Shown: one piece after another, positions 50,093 through 59,153 of the stretch
Position numbering within the stretch: position 1 is the stretch's first letter
Layout of the letters: the number at the start of each line of letters is the position of its first letter
Virus record (IMG/VR): IMGVR_UViG_3300025138_000015
DNA from: a virus
Strand: one strand, 5' to 3'
Length of the DNA: 64,000 nt
The notes under the pieces: model-generated
The model's input: only the letters and a program-made list of their open reading frames with translations
What the model was told of the DNA's origin: nothing
The model's database searches: none
Made by a program: the position numbers and the translations under genes

Positions 50093-50271
50093 TAGCCCTT
50101 TCTCACGAGTCGGTGTATAACTATTATAACACCAACTTTCAGTTGATGCAACATCATAATTATCAATTATCAGAATTAGAAGATATGATGCCGTGGGAGA
50201 GGGAGATTTATACGAGTCTTCTCTTAAACTACTTAGAACAGGAAAAACAGAGACAGAAAAGTAAACAATAA
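50086..50271 (+). CDS. gp51: gp51 baseplate hub assembly catalyst (not in ORF track; start uncertain, possibly reached by -1 frameshift)
   Basis: Manual translation ALSHESVYNYYNTNFQLMQHHNYQLSELEDMMPWEREIYTSLLLNYLEQE..., stop at 50269-50271. Confidence 0.85.
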   Translation, partial: FLIALSHESVYNYYNTNFQLMQHHNYQLSELEDMMPWEREIYTSLLLNYLEQEKQRQKSKQ

Positions 50272-50313
50272 TCTTTATTATGTATGCCGTGATTAACAAT
50301 ATGGAGTTATAAA

Positions 50314-50694
50314 ATGGCAGAAGAACACAAAGACATGTCAAGCAATGAGGTGGAAATTGATTTAGATAAGTATATGGCACTTATCGAAAAACTTGACGCA
50401 CAAGAAGATGTAATCCGAGAAATGAAAGAAGATGCCATTAAGGCAAAACGCGGATTAGAACCACCAAAAAGAAAGTTTATAGATTTGTTCTTAGACGACA
50501 ATGATTTGAATGAGAAAGCAATCATCGGATTCATCTCATTCTTTTTAATGATGTGTTTCGGTATAACAGACTTAGTCACAGCACTAGTTTGGGATATAGA
50601 CTTAAAAGTCTCTGAAACAATCTATACATCATTTGTAGTAGTCACACTAGGTGCATTTGGAATATCAGAAGCTGGAAAAGCATTCGGTAAATAA
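50314..50694 (+). CDS. Membrane protein (coiled coil plus two TM segments)
   Basis: Hydrophobic AIIGFISFFLMMCFGI and IYTSFVVVTLGAFGI; GGAG RBS. Confidence 0.7.
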   Translation: MAEEHKDMSSNEVEIDLDKYMALIEKLDAQEDVIREMKEDAIKAKRGLEPPKRKFIDLFLDDNDLNEKAIIGFISFFLMMCFGITDLVTALVWDIDLKVSETIYTSFVVVTLGAFGISEAGKAFGK

Positions 50695-50705
50695 AGGAAA
50701 ATTAA

Positions 50706-52823
50706 ATGGCAGACGAAGAGATAAAAAAGGTTCGTAAACAGATTTTAGACGAACTCAAAGACGCCCAAAAGAAAGAGAAAAAAATTCGTGCAGAGTTTAA
50801 TACAGAACTTGAAGAGTCTACTGTAGGAACAACTAAAGAATTTAAGAATGTTATCTCTAGTCTCGCTAAAACAAGACCAGAGGCAGCTAAAATTGTTTCT
50901 GAGTTTAAAGGTTTGTCTGCCGACACATTTAAAGGTGCCGTTCTTAATAGAGACCTTATTAAAGGTATGTCTGCTGCGACTGAAATGGCAGAAAAGGGTT
51001 GGAGTAATCTAACCGAAGAACAACAAGACATTCTATCAGATGTATTTGGTGGACAAGTTGCAAGAATGCAAGGTCTTGAACGAGAAGAAGAGAAATTTAC
51101 TAACCTTAGAAAAGAGGCCTTAATAAAACAAGGACAAACTCAACAAAAGATTACCGACTTAGATAAAGTAATGGCAGATGAGAAATCTTCTGCTCTTTCC
51201 GATGCAATGAAAGCAGTAAAAGATGCAGAAAAGAAAGCAGCGGAAAATGAAACAAAATCACAAGACTTTAAACTACAGGCAAAAATAGAACAGGCTAAAA
51301 ATGCTCTTGCAGACGAAGAATCAAACCAAGAAAAGATATTAAAAGAAAAATACAAAGGTCAACAAGAACTATTGTCTAAAGAAATGAAGGACAAAACTTT
51401 CTTTGTTGACCAACATGAAGAATCATTGTCTTCAATTGCACAACACCAAGAGAATGCTTCAAAAGAACTTAAAGCATCTATTGATAAATCTAAAGAAGAA
51501 CAGATGCAAGGCCTTTCAAATTTCTCTGATGGTTTTAAAGAACTTGTTGGTTTTGATATCATGGGAACATTCGATGGTGCAACTAAGAAGTTAAATGCAC
51601 TAGGTAAAGTTTTCGGTGGAGATGGAGTCTTAGGTGATAAGATTATGGGCAATCTCGGAAGAGTAATGCAAGATGCAGGAAAAGGAATTGGAAAAGCTGC
51701 AGGAAGTCTTAAAAAATCTTTGGGTTCTATGCTTTCAGGAGGCATGACGGCTCTTCGAGGTGCTTTCACGGCCATAGGTACAGGACTCGCAGCAGCGGGA
51801 ACTGCCTTAATGACAACACTGACCGCATTCGCTGCTGGTGCCGCTGCATTCATAGGTGGTTTAGCTATGACCGCAGGTGGTCTATTACTTGCCGCTGCAC
51901 CGTACATACTTGCAGGTATAGCTATTGTTGGTTTAGTCATGGCAGGTATGAAACTATATGAAGAGTCTGAAGGATTCAAGGCAGCGGTCGATACAGTTAT
52001 AGATTACTTCATAGATATTAAAGACTCTATCTTTACAATCTTTGGTGGATTCTTTGACTTCTTTAAAGGTCTATTTACAGGAGACTTCGACCTAATGTTC
52101 TCTGGTCTAAAAGATTCATTTGGTGGATTATGGGATTTAATAAAGGCACCATTTAAAGCAATCGGTAACTTCTTTAAGAATGTATTCGGTATTGACATTG
52201 GTAAGTTTATAAAAGACATGGCAAAGAAACTGTTACCAGATTGGGCAGTCAATCTGATATTCGGCAAAGATGATGAAGCACCGGCAGAAGAAGAACCTTT
52301 AAAGGAAAGAGATAAGTCTAAAGAAGCACTACAAGAACAAAATTTGGCCAGTGCTGAAGAATCTGGATTGTATGAAAAGGTTGGAATGTTTGGTAAGAGT
52401 CAAGTAAACAAAGACATGATTATCACTGCACCTAATAATCAGTTGAACGCCATTCTTTCTGATGATGATATTGCCGATGAGTCTAAAGAACTAATTCAAA
52501 AAGAACTAGAGGCAAGAAAATCAATCATTGCAGATTATAACGAAGCTAAAACAGCTCTTGCAAATGGTGAGACAAACTTAGCAGACGGTTCTGATGCAAG
52601 TCTAGTTATGGAATTTGCAGAAGACGATATGGCAAAGAGACGAGGTGATGATATCGAACAAGCAACACAAGATGCAAAACCAAATATAAATGCGGCCGCA
52701 GAGGCAGTTGCTTCAGTTGTTCAACAGAATAATAATAACTCTTCTACTAATGTTTTAGTTCGTAAGGATACTGCTAGAGACGAGAACGATAGATATTATA
52801 ACGATATGGTTGGTGACTTTTAA
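50706..52823 (+). CDS. Tape-measure-like protein (gp29 position)
   Basis: Long helical/coiled-coil protein with Ala/Gly-rich TM region and F/W-periodic repeats; follows gp26/gp51. Confidence 0.7.
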   Translation: MADEEIKKVRKQILDELKDAQKKEKKIRAEFNTELEESTVGTTKEFKNVISSLAKTRPEAAKIVSEFKGLSADTFKGAVLNRDLIKGMSAATEMAEKGWSNLTEEQQDILSDVFGGQVARMQGLEREEEKFTNLRKEALIKQGQTQQKITDLDKVMADEKSSALSDAMKAVKDAEKKAAENETKSQDFKLQAKIEQAKNALADEESNQEKILKEKYKGQQELLSKEMKDKTFFVDQHEESLSSIAQHQENASKELKASIDKSKEEQMQGLSNFSDGFKELVGFDIMGTFDGATKKLNALGKVFGGDGVLGDKIMGNLGRVMQDAGKGIGKAAGSLKKSLGSMLSGGMTALRGAFTAIGTGLAAAGTALMTTLTAFAAGAAAFIGGLAMTAGGLLLAAAPYILAGIAIVGLVMAGMKLYEESEGFKAAVDTVIDYFIDIKDSIFTIFGGFFDFFKGLFTGDFDLMFSGLKDSFGGLWDLIKAPFKAIGNFFKNVFGIDIGKFIKDMAKKLLPDWAVNLIFGKDDEAPAEEEPLKERDKSKEALQEQNLASAEESGLYEKVGMFGKSQVNKDMIITAPNNQLNAILSDDDIADESKELIQKELEARKSIIADYNEAKTALANGETNLADGSDASLVMEFAEDDMAKRRGDDIEQATQDAKPNINAAAEAVASVVQQNNNNSSTNVLVRKDTARDENDRYYNDMVGDF

Positions 52824-53023
52824 GAGTCTTTGGAATACTTTTCTTTCCTTGGTATAATCTTAGTTTTGTCTTTATGCATCTGAGTAGATGCGTGTGAAGG
52901 TGTTTCTTTTCTAGCTTTTACTTCTGGTTTCTTTTTACCAAATGCGAGTTCCCAACCGTCAGCATAGGCATCTTCGTTAGAGTTCCTTCTCTTAGAACCT
53001 TTTCCCCCATGCCACTCATTCAT
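52820..53023 (-). CDS. Small basic hypothetical protein
   Basis: WHGGKGSKRR...HKDKTK..PRKEKY; translationally coupled to bS21. Confidence 0.6.
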   Translation of the reverse strand: MNEWHGGKGSKRRNSNEDAYADGWELAFGKKKPEVKARKETPSHASTQMHKDKTKIIPRKEKYSKDS

Positions 53024-53256
53024 TATCTTGGTCTATAACCTTTTTGTGAAGCCCTTTTTGCATCAAGTTTCTTTCGTCTTTTGATGTCCTGATTTCTTTG
53101 ATTCTTTGTATCGTTAGGTTTTTCATGATATTGTCTATCACGAACCTCTTGAACTATACCTGCCCTCTCACATTCTTTCTTAAATCTCCTAAGCATTCTA
53201 TCGAAAGGTTCTTCCTGTCGATTCTTAGGGTTGATTTTTGGTCTCACTTCTGGCAT
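53023..53256 (-). CDS. rpsU: Ribosomal protein bS21
   Basis: [32 protein letters not shown] matches the bS21 core; AGGAG RBS. Confidence 0.9.
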   Translation of the reverse strand: MPEVRPKINPKNRQEEPFDRMLRRFKKECERAGIVQEVRDRQYHEKPNDTKNQRNQDIKRRKKLDAKRASQKGYRPR

Positions 53257-53274
53257 AATTCTCCTGTTTTAAAT

Positions 53275-53440
53275 AAGTGCATAGTCGCCCCACGCTTTAC
53301 AGCATCCCGCTCTATACCGATTATTCCGCTATTAGCCAATAATCTTTCCCTTACTTGGTGCCCCCATTTCTGTCCACGGTCCAAGTCTGCCCTTGTTCTT
53401 GCATCACTCATACATAATATAAACACAAGGGCACCCAACT
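53275..53440 (-). ncRNA. Candidate structured RNA between gp32 and rpsU
   Basis: GC-richer intergenic region with several stems and an alternative pairing. Confidence 0.4.
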
Positions 53441-53446
53441 CAAAGA

Positions 53447-54346
53447 TTAACTGTCTTCAGCTAATCTTTTGAAGTAATCCATCGCGTCGTCGCCGTCACT
53501 TGTTTGTTCAGTTGACGATTCTGCTGATGCGATTACAGGTTCAGTTGCAACACTTTCAGTGTTTACATTTCCCCAAGGCACTTCCTCTTGGTCTTCTGCA
53601 ATACTTTCTGCTGTGCTACCTGATACTGCACCTGATAGACCTAACACTCTATCAAGTTTCTCTTTGAGTTCGTCATAAGACTTGAACTCGTCTGGAGAGA
53701 TTACTTCACTTAAAGAATGAACTTGACTAAATGTAGAGTTAATCATTGCTTCATCACCTAACGGAGATGTAGAGTCGAACTCTGATTTGTCGTAGTTCCA
53801 GTAACCATCAACTTTTCTGATTTTGATTTTAAAGTTTGCACCTTCGGTCATATCAAATGGGTTGATTGCACTTTCATCTTCAAATGCTGGAGAGATTGCT
53901 TCTTTGAGTTGTTCAAAGATTTTCTTTCCAAATCTGTATTTGAAAACTCTACCTTCATTGTCTGGATTTTTAGGGTCTGAAACAACATAGACATTTGAGA
54001 CATAGTGAAGTCTACGCTTCTGCTTTCTCGCACTTTCTTTGTTTGCTTCAATACCTGTATTCCATAATGTAGTATTGTATTCAGACACAGGGTCTTTTTT
54101 ATTAAGAGTCGTTAGAGACTTCTCAATATACCACCCACCAGGTCCTTGAAATCCGTGGTCCCAATATGAAACCCATGGCATTTCTTCGCCTTCTGGAGTT
54201 GGTAAAAAACGAACTACTGCATAACCGTTACCTGATTTATCAAGTTCTGGTTTCCACATAGTATCGTCATTAAAGGATTTTTTCTCACCTTGAGCTGGTG
54301 ATGCGGTTTCCATGGCCGCTCTGAGCTTATCTAATGATGCTGACAT
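53447..54346 (-). CDS. gp32: Single-stranded DNA-binding protein gp32
   Basis: WKPELDKSGNGYAVVRFLP, HGFQGPGGWYIE, GKKIF, GANFKIKIRKV.GY.NYD.SEF, acidic tail. Confidence 0.96.
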   Translation of the reverse strand: MSASLDKLRAAMETASPAQGEKKSFNDDTMWKPELDKSGNGYAVVRFLPTPEGEEMPWVSYWDHGFQGPGGWYIEKSLTTLNKKDPVSEYNTTLWNTGIEANKESARKQKRRLHYVSNVYVVSDPKNPDNEGRVFKYRFGKKIFEQLKEAISPAFEDESAINPFDMTEGANFKIKIRKVDGYWNYDKSEFDSTSPLGDEAMINSTFSQVHSLSEVISPDEFKSYDELKEKLDRVLGLSGAVSGSTAESIAEDQEEVPWGNVNTESVATEPVIASAESSTEQTSDGDDAMDYFKRLAEDS

Positions 54347-54423
54347 TGTATTCTCCTATTATATTCGTATAACATTGTATTTGCATTTTATTAAACAGTA
54401 CAAACCTATGCACTGCCTAGTCC

Positions 54424-54452
54424 ATTATAAGACTTACATAGTGTCCTGTCAA
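54424..54452 (-). promoter_or_regulatory. Consensus sigma70 promoter for gp32
   Basis: TTGACA-N17-TATAAT, exact. Confidence 0.85.
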
Positions 54453-54487
54453 CCAGGTTTTCTGTAAAACTTATAAAGTCCTGGGTA

Positions 54488-54495
54488 TATTTATA
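54488..54495 (-). promoter_or_regulatory. Late promoter TATAAATA for gp32/rpsU, inside palindrome 54482-54499
   Basis: TGGGTATA-AA-TATACCCA. Confidence 0.7.
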
Positions 54496-54508
54496 CCCAA
54501 AATTGGTA

Positions 54509-55099
54509 CTACTCACACAAATCTATTAGTAATGATTTGTATTTCACTCGGTTGAATTCCACGAATGATTTGTATTTGTTTATTTTGACATGAATTCCAG
54601 GATAAATGATTCTCTCTGATATCAATCTATCCCAATCTTTAGTGAATCCTATAATACCATCCATTATACAGATTGTTTCTAAAGATACTTTCTTTGCCAT
54701 AAACTCTTTTAAAAGAATAGGGTGTTGTCCGTTTTTAACTTCTAACACCTTCTGAATCTTCCTTTTACGAAGTAAATCGCTTACTTCGGTTTCGAATAGA
54801 TAAGATAACTTTTGATTATTCTTTTTCCATTCTTTGTAAACTTTAACACACTCATCACTCAATAAGTCTCCTGCCCACAAATCTTTTTTAGAAAGGTTTG
54901 CAATATAGAAATCTTGTAGTTCGTGTTTGTATGTTCTAAACAGTTTACCAAAATGATATCTGTCCTTTCGTTTGAGAAAGGACTTTATATCTGCTTTGAC
55001 TTTGCCATTATACTTAACAAAGTCATAGTCGTTAGAATAGAAGTGTAATTTTATACCAAGGTATAAAGTGTATGCATCATATCCTTCACGACTCGTCAT
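54509..55099 (-). CDS. gp59: Helicase loader gp59
   Basis: YLGIKLHF..YDF.KYNGK, FLKRKDRYHF, HP, SLETI; adjacent to gp32/gp33. Confidence 0.88.
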   Translation of the reverse strand: MTSREGYDAYTLYLGIKLHFYSNDYDFVKYNGKVKADIKSFLKRKDRYHFGKLFRTYKHELQDFYIANLSKKDLWAGDLLSDECVKVYKEWKKNNQKLSYLFETEVSDLLRKRKIQKVLEVKNGQHPILLKEFMAKKVSLETICIMDGIIGFTKDWDRLISERIIYPGIHVKINKYKSFVEFNRVKYKSLLIDLCE

Positions 55100-55407
55100 T
55101 AAGTAATGATTTTCTTTTCAGGTGGTGTTTGAATTAATGGTTCTTCTTTACCAATATTCGCAACTGCAGTTTGATGTGCCTCTGCTACCATTTCATTACA
55201 CTCTGATACGAATACATAAGTTTGTACAACCATAGATTCAGGATTTTCTTTTCCTGTCACTGCGACTCCTTTAGCAAACCCCATACCACCTTCTGGATTC
55301 TTAACAATCATTTTCGGATTTTTAAGAGTCAATGGTTCAGTCTTTGCAAGTTCCCCTACATACTCTCCAGTAAAAGTCACAACGGTGACTACATCTCCTT
55401 TTTTCAT
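55099..55407 (-). CDS. Hypothetical protein, possible Sm-like beta barrel
   Basis: VVTVVTFTGEYVGEL..LTLKNP; AGGAG RBS. Confidence 0.55.
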   Translation of the reverse strand: MKKGDVVTVVTFTGEYVGELAKTEPLTLKNPKMIVKNPEGGMGFAKGVAVTGKENPESMVVQTYVFVSECNEMVAEAHQTAVANIGKEEPLIQTPPEKKIIT

Positions 55408-55418
55408 AATATCTCCTA

Positions 55419-55661
55419 TTATTTTTTAGTGTCAAAGAAACCTGATAAGGTTGCTTGACTATTAGTTCCACGATTTACCATATTTAAACCTGTTGCCTCT
55501 GCTTCTAACTTCTCCTTTAAAGGTGGAGATAAAAGTCTTTTGGCACTTTCAGGTTCTAATTGGTTCTCTTCACATACTTTAAGTATAGCAGACATTACAT
55601 CTGATTTACCATAACGGCATATCTTCTCTACTTTTTCTGTAAATTCTTTTTTTGATATCAT
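55419..55661 (-). CDS. gp33: Late transcription coactivator gp33
   Basis: AILKVCEEN.LEPE...L.S..LKEKLEAEA..LN. Confidence 0.85.
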   Translation of the reverse strand: MISKKEFTEKVEKICRYGKSDVMSAILKVCEENQLEPESAKRLLSPPLKEKLEAEATGLNMVNRGTNSQATLSGFFDTKK

Positions 55662-55928
55662 CTAAATTTCTCCAACTTCGTAAGTGGTATCGAAACCACC
55701 TTTTCTCATAGTCCACATATCTTCGTATGAGTCAAGTGTATCTAAATCACAAATAAGGTCATTGATTGCATTTTGTTTATCGTCTGAAAGTTCTTCAATC
55801 TCATCTTCAAGGAAAGACATGAACTCTTCTTCTGTGACTCCAATCTCTGTCAACATTTCTGTTTCAACTTCCTTTTGATTAGCAATCTTAGTTTGATGCC
55901 ATTCGTTTTCTATAAATCTAATTCCCAT
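55662..55928 (-). CDS. Acidic hypothetical protein
   Basis: 88-aa ORF with GGAG RBS. Confidence 0.6.
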   Translation of the reverse strand: MGIRFIENEWHQTKIANQKEVETEMLTEIGVTEEEFMSFLEDEIEELSDDKQNAINDLICDLDTLDSYEDMWTMRKGGFDTTYEVGEI

Positions 55929-55929
55929 T

Positions 55930-56610
55930 TTATACTCCGTATATGTTTTTATATTGTTTTCTTAATTGAACTAAATCATCAATGTAGTCTAAAGGATTAC
56001 ATGAGAATAATTGAAAAGCATTAAGACCTTCTACTGCTACTAGAGCAACACATTCTTGTACTGCCTGTCCTGTCAACTCTTCTACCATAAGTGCATATGC
56101 AGTCATTTGAATAAACCATGGTTTTGCCATGTACTCTTCTTTATACTTACCACTTGTTTTGAAATCTATAATACATAATTGTTCATCTAAGATACCGACA
56201 CAATCAACACGACCTGCCATTTCCAGATTTGGTGAGAACAAAGGTGCCTCTAAAGCAAGAGGTATAATTTCATCTAATACAGGTTGCATTGCATTGAACA
56301 TGCCTCGTTGTAAATCATTCTCTATAACAATATCTTTCTCAGCACGAAGATAGTCTTCTACTAATTGATGAAAGTTTGTTCCTCGTTTTGTTGCTGATGC
56401 TGTAATCTTGTTTGCAGTCTCTTCACCAACTCGTTTTCTCCAGAGTTTGATGTGTTCTCTATTTAAAAGACCTGTGACTGTTGTGACTGAAGGATACTTT
56501 GCTTCCATACCCTCGAACTGATACATTCTTTTACCGTCTTCACTTACAGTCTTTGCTTGTAGATTTTCTAAATCTGTTATTTCTATAAAATTTTGCATTT
56601 GTTTATACAT
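55930..56610 (-). CDS. PD-(D/E)XK exonuclease (Cas4/RecB-like, common in T4-like phages); start approximate
   Basis: YPSVTTV, RGTNFH, AGRVDC, IIDFKTS, QMTAYA. Confidence 0.85.
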   Translation of the reverse strand: MYKQMQNFIEITDLENLQAKTVSEDGKRMYQFEGMEAKYPSVTTVTGLLNREHIKLWRKRVGEETANKITASATKRGTNFHQLVEDYLRAEKDIVIENDLQRGMFNAMQPVLDEIIPLALEAPLFSPNLEMAGRVDCVGILDEQLCIIDFKTSGKYKEEYMAKPWFIQMTAYALMVEELTGQAVQECVALVAVEGLNAFQLFSCNPLDYIDDLVQLRKQYKNIYGV

Positions 56611-56617
56611 TATACTA

Positions 56618-56950
56618 CTACTTGTTGTTTTTGGATAGGCGGTTTTTAGTTTGTAAGTCAACATGTTTATTGACTATCTCTCTGGTCTTAATATCTTTTG
56701 CATCTTGTACACCAGCAATCTTATCTGCCATTGGTGAGAGTTTATGACCAGATGCAACTTTATGTAATACTTCTTTAAACCCTCCGTCAACTTTAACACG
56801 GTCTCCGTGGCCACCAACAATACTAGGAGTTCCAAGTATCTTTTGTAATAGGTGTGGATTGTCTAATTTGAATTGGTCGAGTTTGGTGTAAGACATGTTA
56901 TGTTCTTCTATTTCACCAGTCTCATTATTTAAAAAATCATATAAGGGCAT
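56618..56950 (-). CDS. FmdB-like small protein
   Basis: MPLYDF.N.ETGE...NPHL, DGGFKEVL. Confidence 0.65.
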   Translation of the reverse strand: MPLYDFLNNETGEIEEHNMSYTKLDQFKLDNPHLLQKILGTPSIVGGHGDRVKVDGGFKEVLHKVASGHKLSPMADKIAGVQDAKDIKTREIVNKHVDLQTKNRLSKNNK

Positions 56951-56952
56951 AA

Positions 56953-57489
56953 TTATCTCATCATAAAATGTGGAATATCTCGTTGAGTCCACTTTGCGAA
57001 ATCTTTTTTGTATTCGCGGTAGTATTTATGATAGGCCTCAATAGAGTTTCCTGGAACTTTGACATCTTCAGGCATACATTGAGGTGGTTCTGACCAAGTA
57101 CCTAATGTGATATTATCAGGTAAACAATTAAGAATGTTTCTAAGTTTAGTATCAGTTAGGTGTTCTCTCTCATATCTGTATGTGTATTCGTCACACAATG
57201 CAGTAAACATATCGAATGCATATTGATATTGAATTGCATTCTCACGCACCCACCTGGTAGAGGGATGATTGATATGTGATGCCTTGTATAAGATATCTTC
57301 TCTATCGTAATCTAATCTCCACCTTTGAATTCTACGACCACTAGATGCATCAGTGTATTGTTCACCGTCTAACATTCTATGTGCAGTGGATAACATTTGT
57401 GCATACTCGATAATCATCTTAACTACATGTTTATCACAATGTAGTTTTGCACTGACTTCGGGTTCTTCGTGTAAGTAAAATAAATTCAT
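56953..57489 (-). CDS. Pyrimidine-dimer DNA glycosylase (DenV)-family protein
   Basis: MNLFYL, HCDKHVVKMIIEYAQMLSTAH, YKASHINHPSTRW, EYTYRY, PQCMP. Confidence 0.75.
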   Translation of the reverse strand: MNLFYLHEEPEVSAKLHCDKHVVKMIIEYAQMLSTAHRMLDGEQYTDASSGRRIQRWRLDYDREDILYKASHINHPSTRWVRENAIQYQYAFDMFTALCDEYTYRYEREHLTDTKLRNILNCLPDNITLGTWSEPPQCMPEDVKVPGNSIEAYHKYYREYKKDFAKWTQRDIPHFMMR

Positions 57490-57791
57490 AGTTCCTTGAT
57501 TTCTTGTAGAATAGATTCTACATTATCCCATGCAAGGTGTCCAACGACATCTTGTGTTATAGGAGTATGGTATGTTATTTCACCTGTTTTGTCAACCGTG
57601 AAATCTAAGACTGCAAGTTCCCATAATCCATTCTGACCACCATAACTGAAATCGTGTTTCACTACAGAGGCACCATAATCATTGCTGAACTTATAACGAT
57701 GTTGAACACCATTATTAATATAGTCCGTGTTTAAGAGAAACTCTCTATGTCGTTTATGACCATGAACTTTGTCTATCGGTTTATCATACAT
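57486..57791 (-). CDS. Hypothetical phage protein
   Basis: YKFSNDYGASVV...SYGG..GLWELAVL. Confidence 0.65.
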   Translation of the reverse strand: MYDKPIDKVHGHKRHREFLLNTDYINNGVQHRYKFSNDYGASVVKHDFSYGGQNGLWELAVLDFTVDKTGEITYHTPITQDVVGHLAWDNVESILQEIKEL

Positions 57792-58153
57792 TATACTAAC
57801 TCCTTAATAATACTAACTAACACATTACCGTATTGTGCAAACCAACCTTGTTCTTCTGTTAGTGCAATACCATATTGGTCTGCAATCAGTATTGCAGTGT
57901 CGGTACCTAAGAATAGATTTCCTGCAAGTGTAAAACCTGCAACACTAATCAATAGAATCAGGTGGTCATTTGTTTTAAAACTATGAATCATATATCCTAA
58001 ACAACCAATCATTATCGCTGATAGACTATAAATCTCCATGTGAAAGTTCCCACTCATTGCAAGTGTAAGACCGGCAAATACAAATACTGTGGAGACTATT
58101 TTAAGTCCAGTCAACATTGCATTTGTTATTTTAGTTTTAGTTCTCTTAGTCAT
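57791..58153 (-). CDS. Hypothetical membrane protein
   Basis: Three hydrophobic segments; AGGAG RBS. Confidence 0.65.
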   Translation of the reverse strand: MTKRTKTKITNAMLTGLKIVSTVFVFAGLTLAMSGNFHMEIYSLSAIMIGCLGYMIHSFKTNDHLILLISVAGFTLAGNLFLGTDTAILIADQYGIALTEEQGWFAQYGNVLVSIIKELV

Positions 58154-58156
58154 AAT

Positions 58157-58312
58157 TTACTCCTTTATGTCTCTCAACCAATCCCTATAATGAACTGGAT
58201 TTTCTGTTACCTTTAAATACTCTTGGTACTCTTCTTTGTTTTCTTTTGACTTTGTCATAGCAGTAACCCAACCGTCTGAGTTATCTTGCCATGTCTTAGT
58301 ATTTTCTGTCAT
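58157..58312 (-). CDS. Small hypothetical protein
   Basis: MTENTKTWQDNSDGW...; start moved to downstream ATG. Confidence 0.5.
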   Translation of the reverse strand: MTENTKTWQDNSDGWVTAMTKSKENKEEYQEYLKVTENPVHYRDWLRDIKE

Positions 58313-58372
58313 AAACCTAATATGAAAGCCAAAGGGATAAAAATATATAAACCCCAAATTAATTTTTCTACT

Positions 58373-58540
58373 CTATCGAATTGTTCTTTTGTCGGCATGT
58401 TTTTCTCCTTCGTCTTCATCAAATGGACAACCATTGTGTCCTATCATTGATTTGTTTTTTTGTTCTTCTCTCCATCTTAGGAAGTCTATTGCAACCTCTT
58501 TTGATGTATGTGTAAGTGTTGATATCTTTTGTCTTTTCAT
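58373..58540 (-). CDS. Small hypothetical protein
   Basis: ATGA overlap with the hydrolase stop codon. Confidence 0.45.
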   Translation of the reverse strand: MKRQKISTLTHTSKEVAIDFLRWREEQKNKSMIGHNGCPFDEDEGEKHADKRTIR

Positions 58541-59052
58541 TTGTAAAATATGTGATGTGTTATTTGAACTGTTTCGTTTAAGGTATCTGCCCAATACGGC
58601 TCAACCCATAAGTTGTGGTAATGTGTTGCACCCTCTGTAATGTCTGGATACTTACCCATAAGAACATCTTGTGCAACTATATAAGATTCGTAAAATGTAT
58701 CAGTGTCTAAAGGTTCGTCTGATTTACCATCACAGAACCAACTAAACTGACATTGATTCCTAATCGGAATCATATTGCCCTTCCAGTTCTCTTTGTACTT
58801 CGCATCATATACAACACCACACACATTTTCTGGATATGCACTATGTTCCATTCTGTTAAGAACAACATGTGCAACTGCAACTTTACCTGCAAGGGGTTGA
58901 TTGCCTGCCTCGAAGTAAATGTTTTTTGCGAGACAAACATTCTCACCGTTCTCATCTGAGGCATGAAGAAGACTAGGCATTAACATGATGAACATAAGTA
59001 ATGCACCAAATCCCATACCAATTAAAAAAGCTCTGTAAGTATCACTCATCAT
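58537..59052 (-). CDS. Cell wall hydrolase (SleB / Hydrolase_2 family)
   Basis: CLAKNIYFEA, AVAHVVLNR, CQFSWFCDG, GATHYH, HIFYK; N-terminal signal/TM. Confidence 0.9.
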   Translation of the reverse strand: MMSDTYRAFLIGMGFGALLMFIMLMPSLLHASDENGENVCLAKNIYFEAGNQPLAGKVAVAHVVLNRMEHSAYPENVCGVVYDAKYKENWKGNMIPIRNQCQFSWFCDGKSDEPLDTDTFYESYIVAQDVLMGKYPDITEGATHYHNLWVEPYWADTLNETVQITHHIFYK

Positions 59053-59152
59053 TTTTCTCCCAAGGAAAGGGTTTGTTAATATGCAACCCTATAAAAATCA
59101 TACTAAACATAATCACACATAGTAAGAAACCTCCTAAAAATCCTATTTCCAT
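59042..59152 (-). CDS. Small membrane peptide
   Basis: MEIGFLGGFLLCVIMFSMIFIGL... Confidence 0.45.
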   Translation of the reverse strand: MEIGFLGGFLLCVIMFSMIFIGLHINKPFPWEKNDE

Positions 59153-59153
59153 A

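Noticed and set aside
51359-52267. Antisense ORFs of 206 aa and 87 aa within the tape-measure-like gene (and similar antisense ORFs across structural genes)
   Set aside because: Expected by-product of codon bias on the coding strand.
53244-53438. 64-aa ORF upstream of rpsU
   Set aside because: TTG start without RBS, atypical composition, overlaps rpsU; better explained as structured RNA, though not excluded.
55930-56664. Cas4-like nuclease as part of a CRISPR system
   Set aside because: Stand-alone PD-(D/E)XK exonuclease in its usual position near gp33/gp59; no array or other cas genes.
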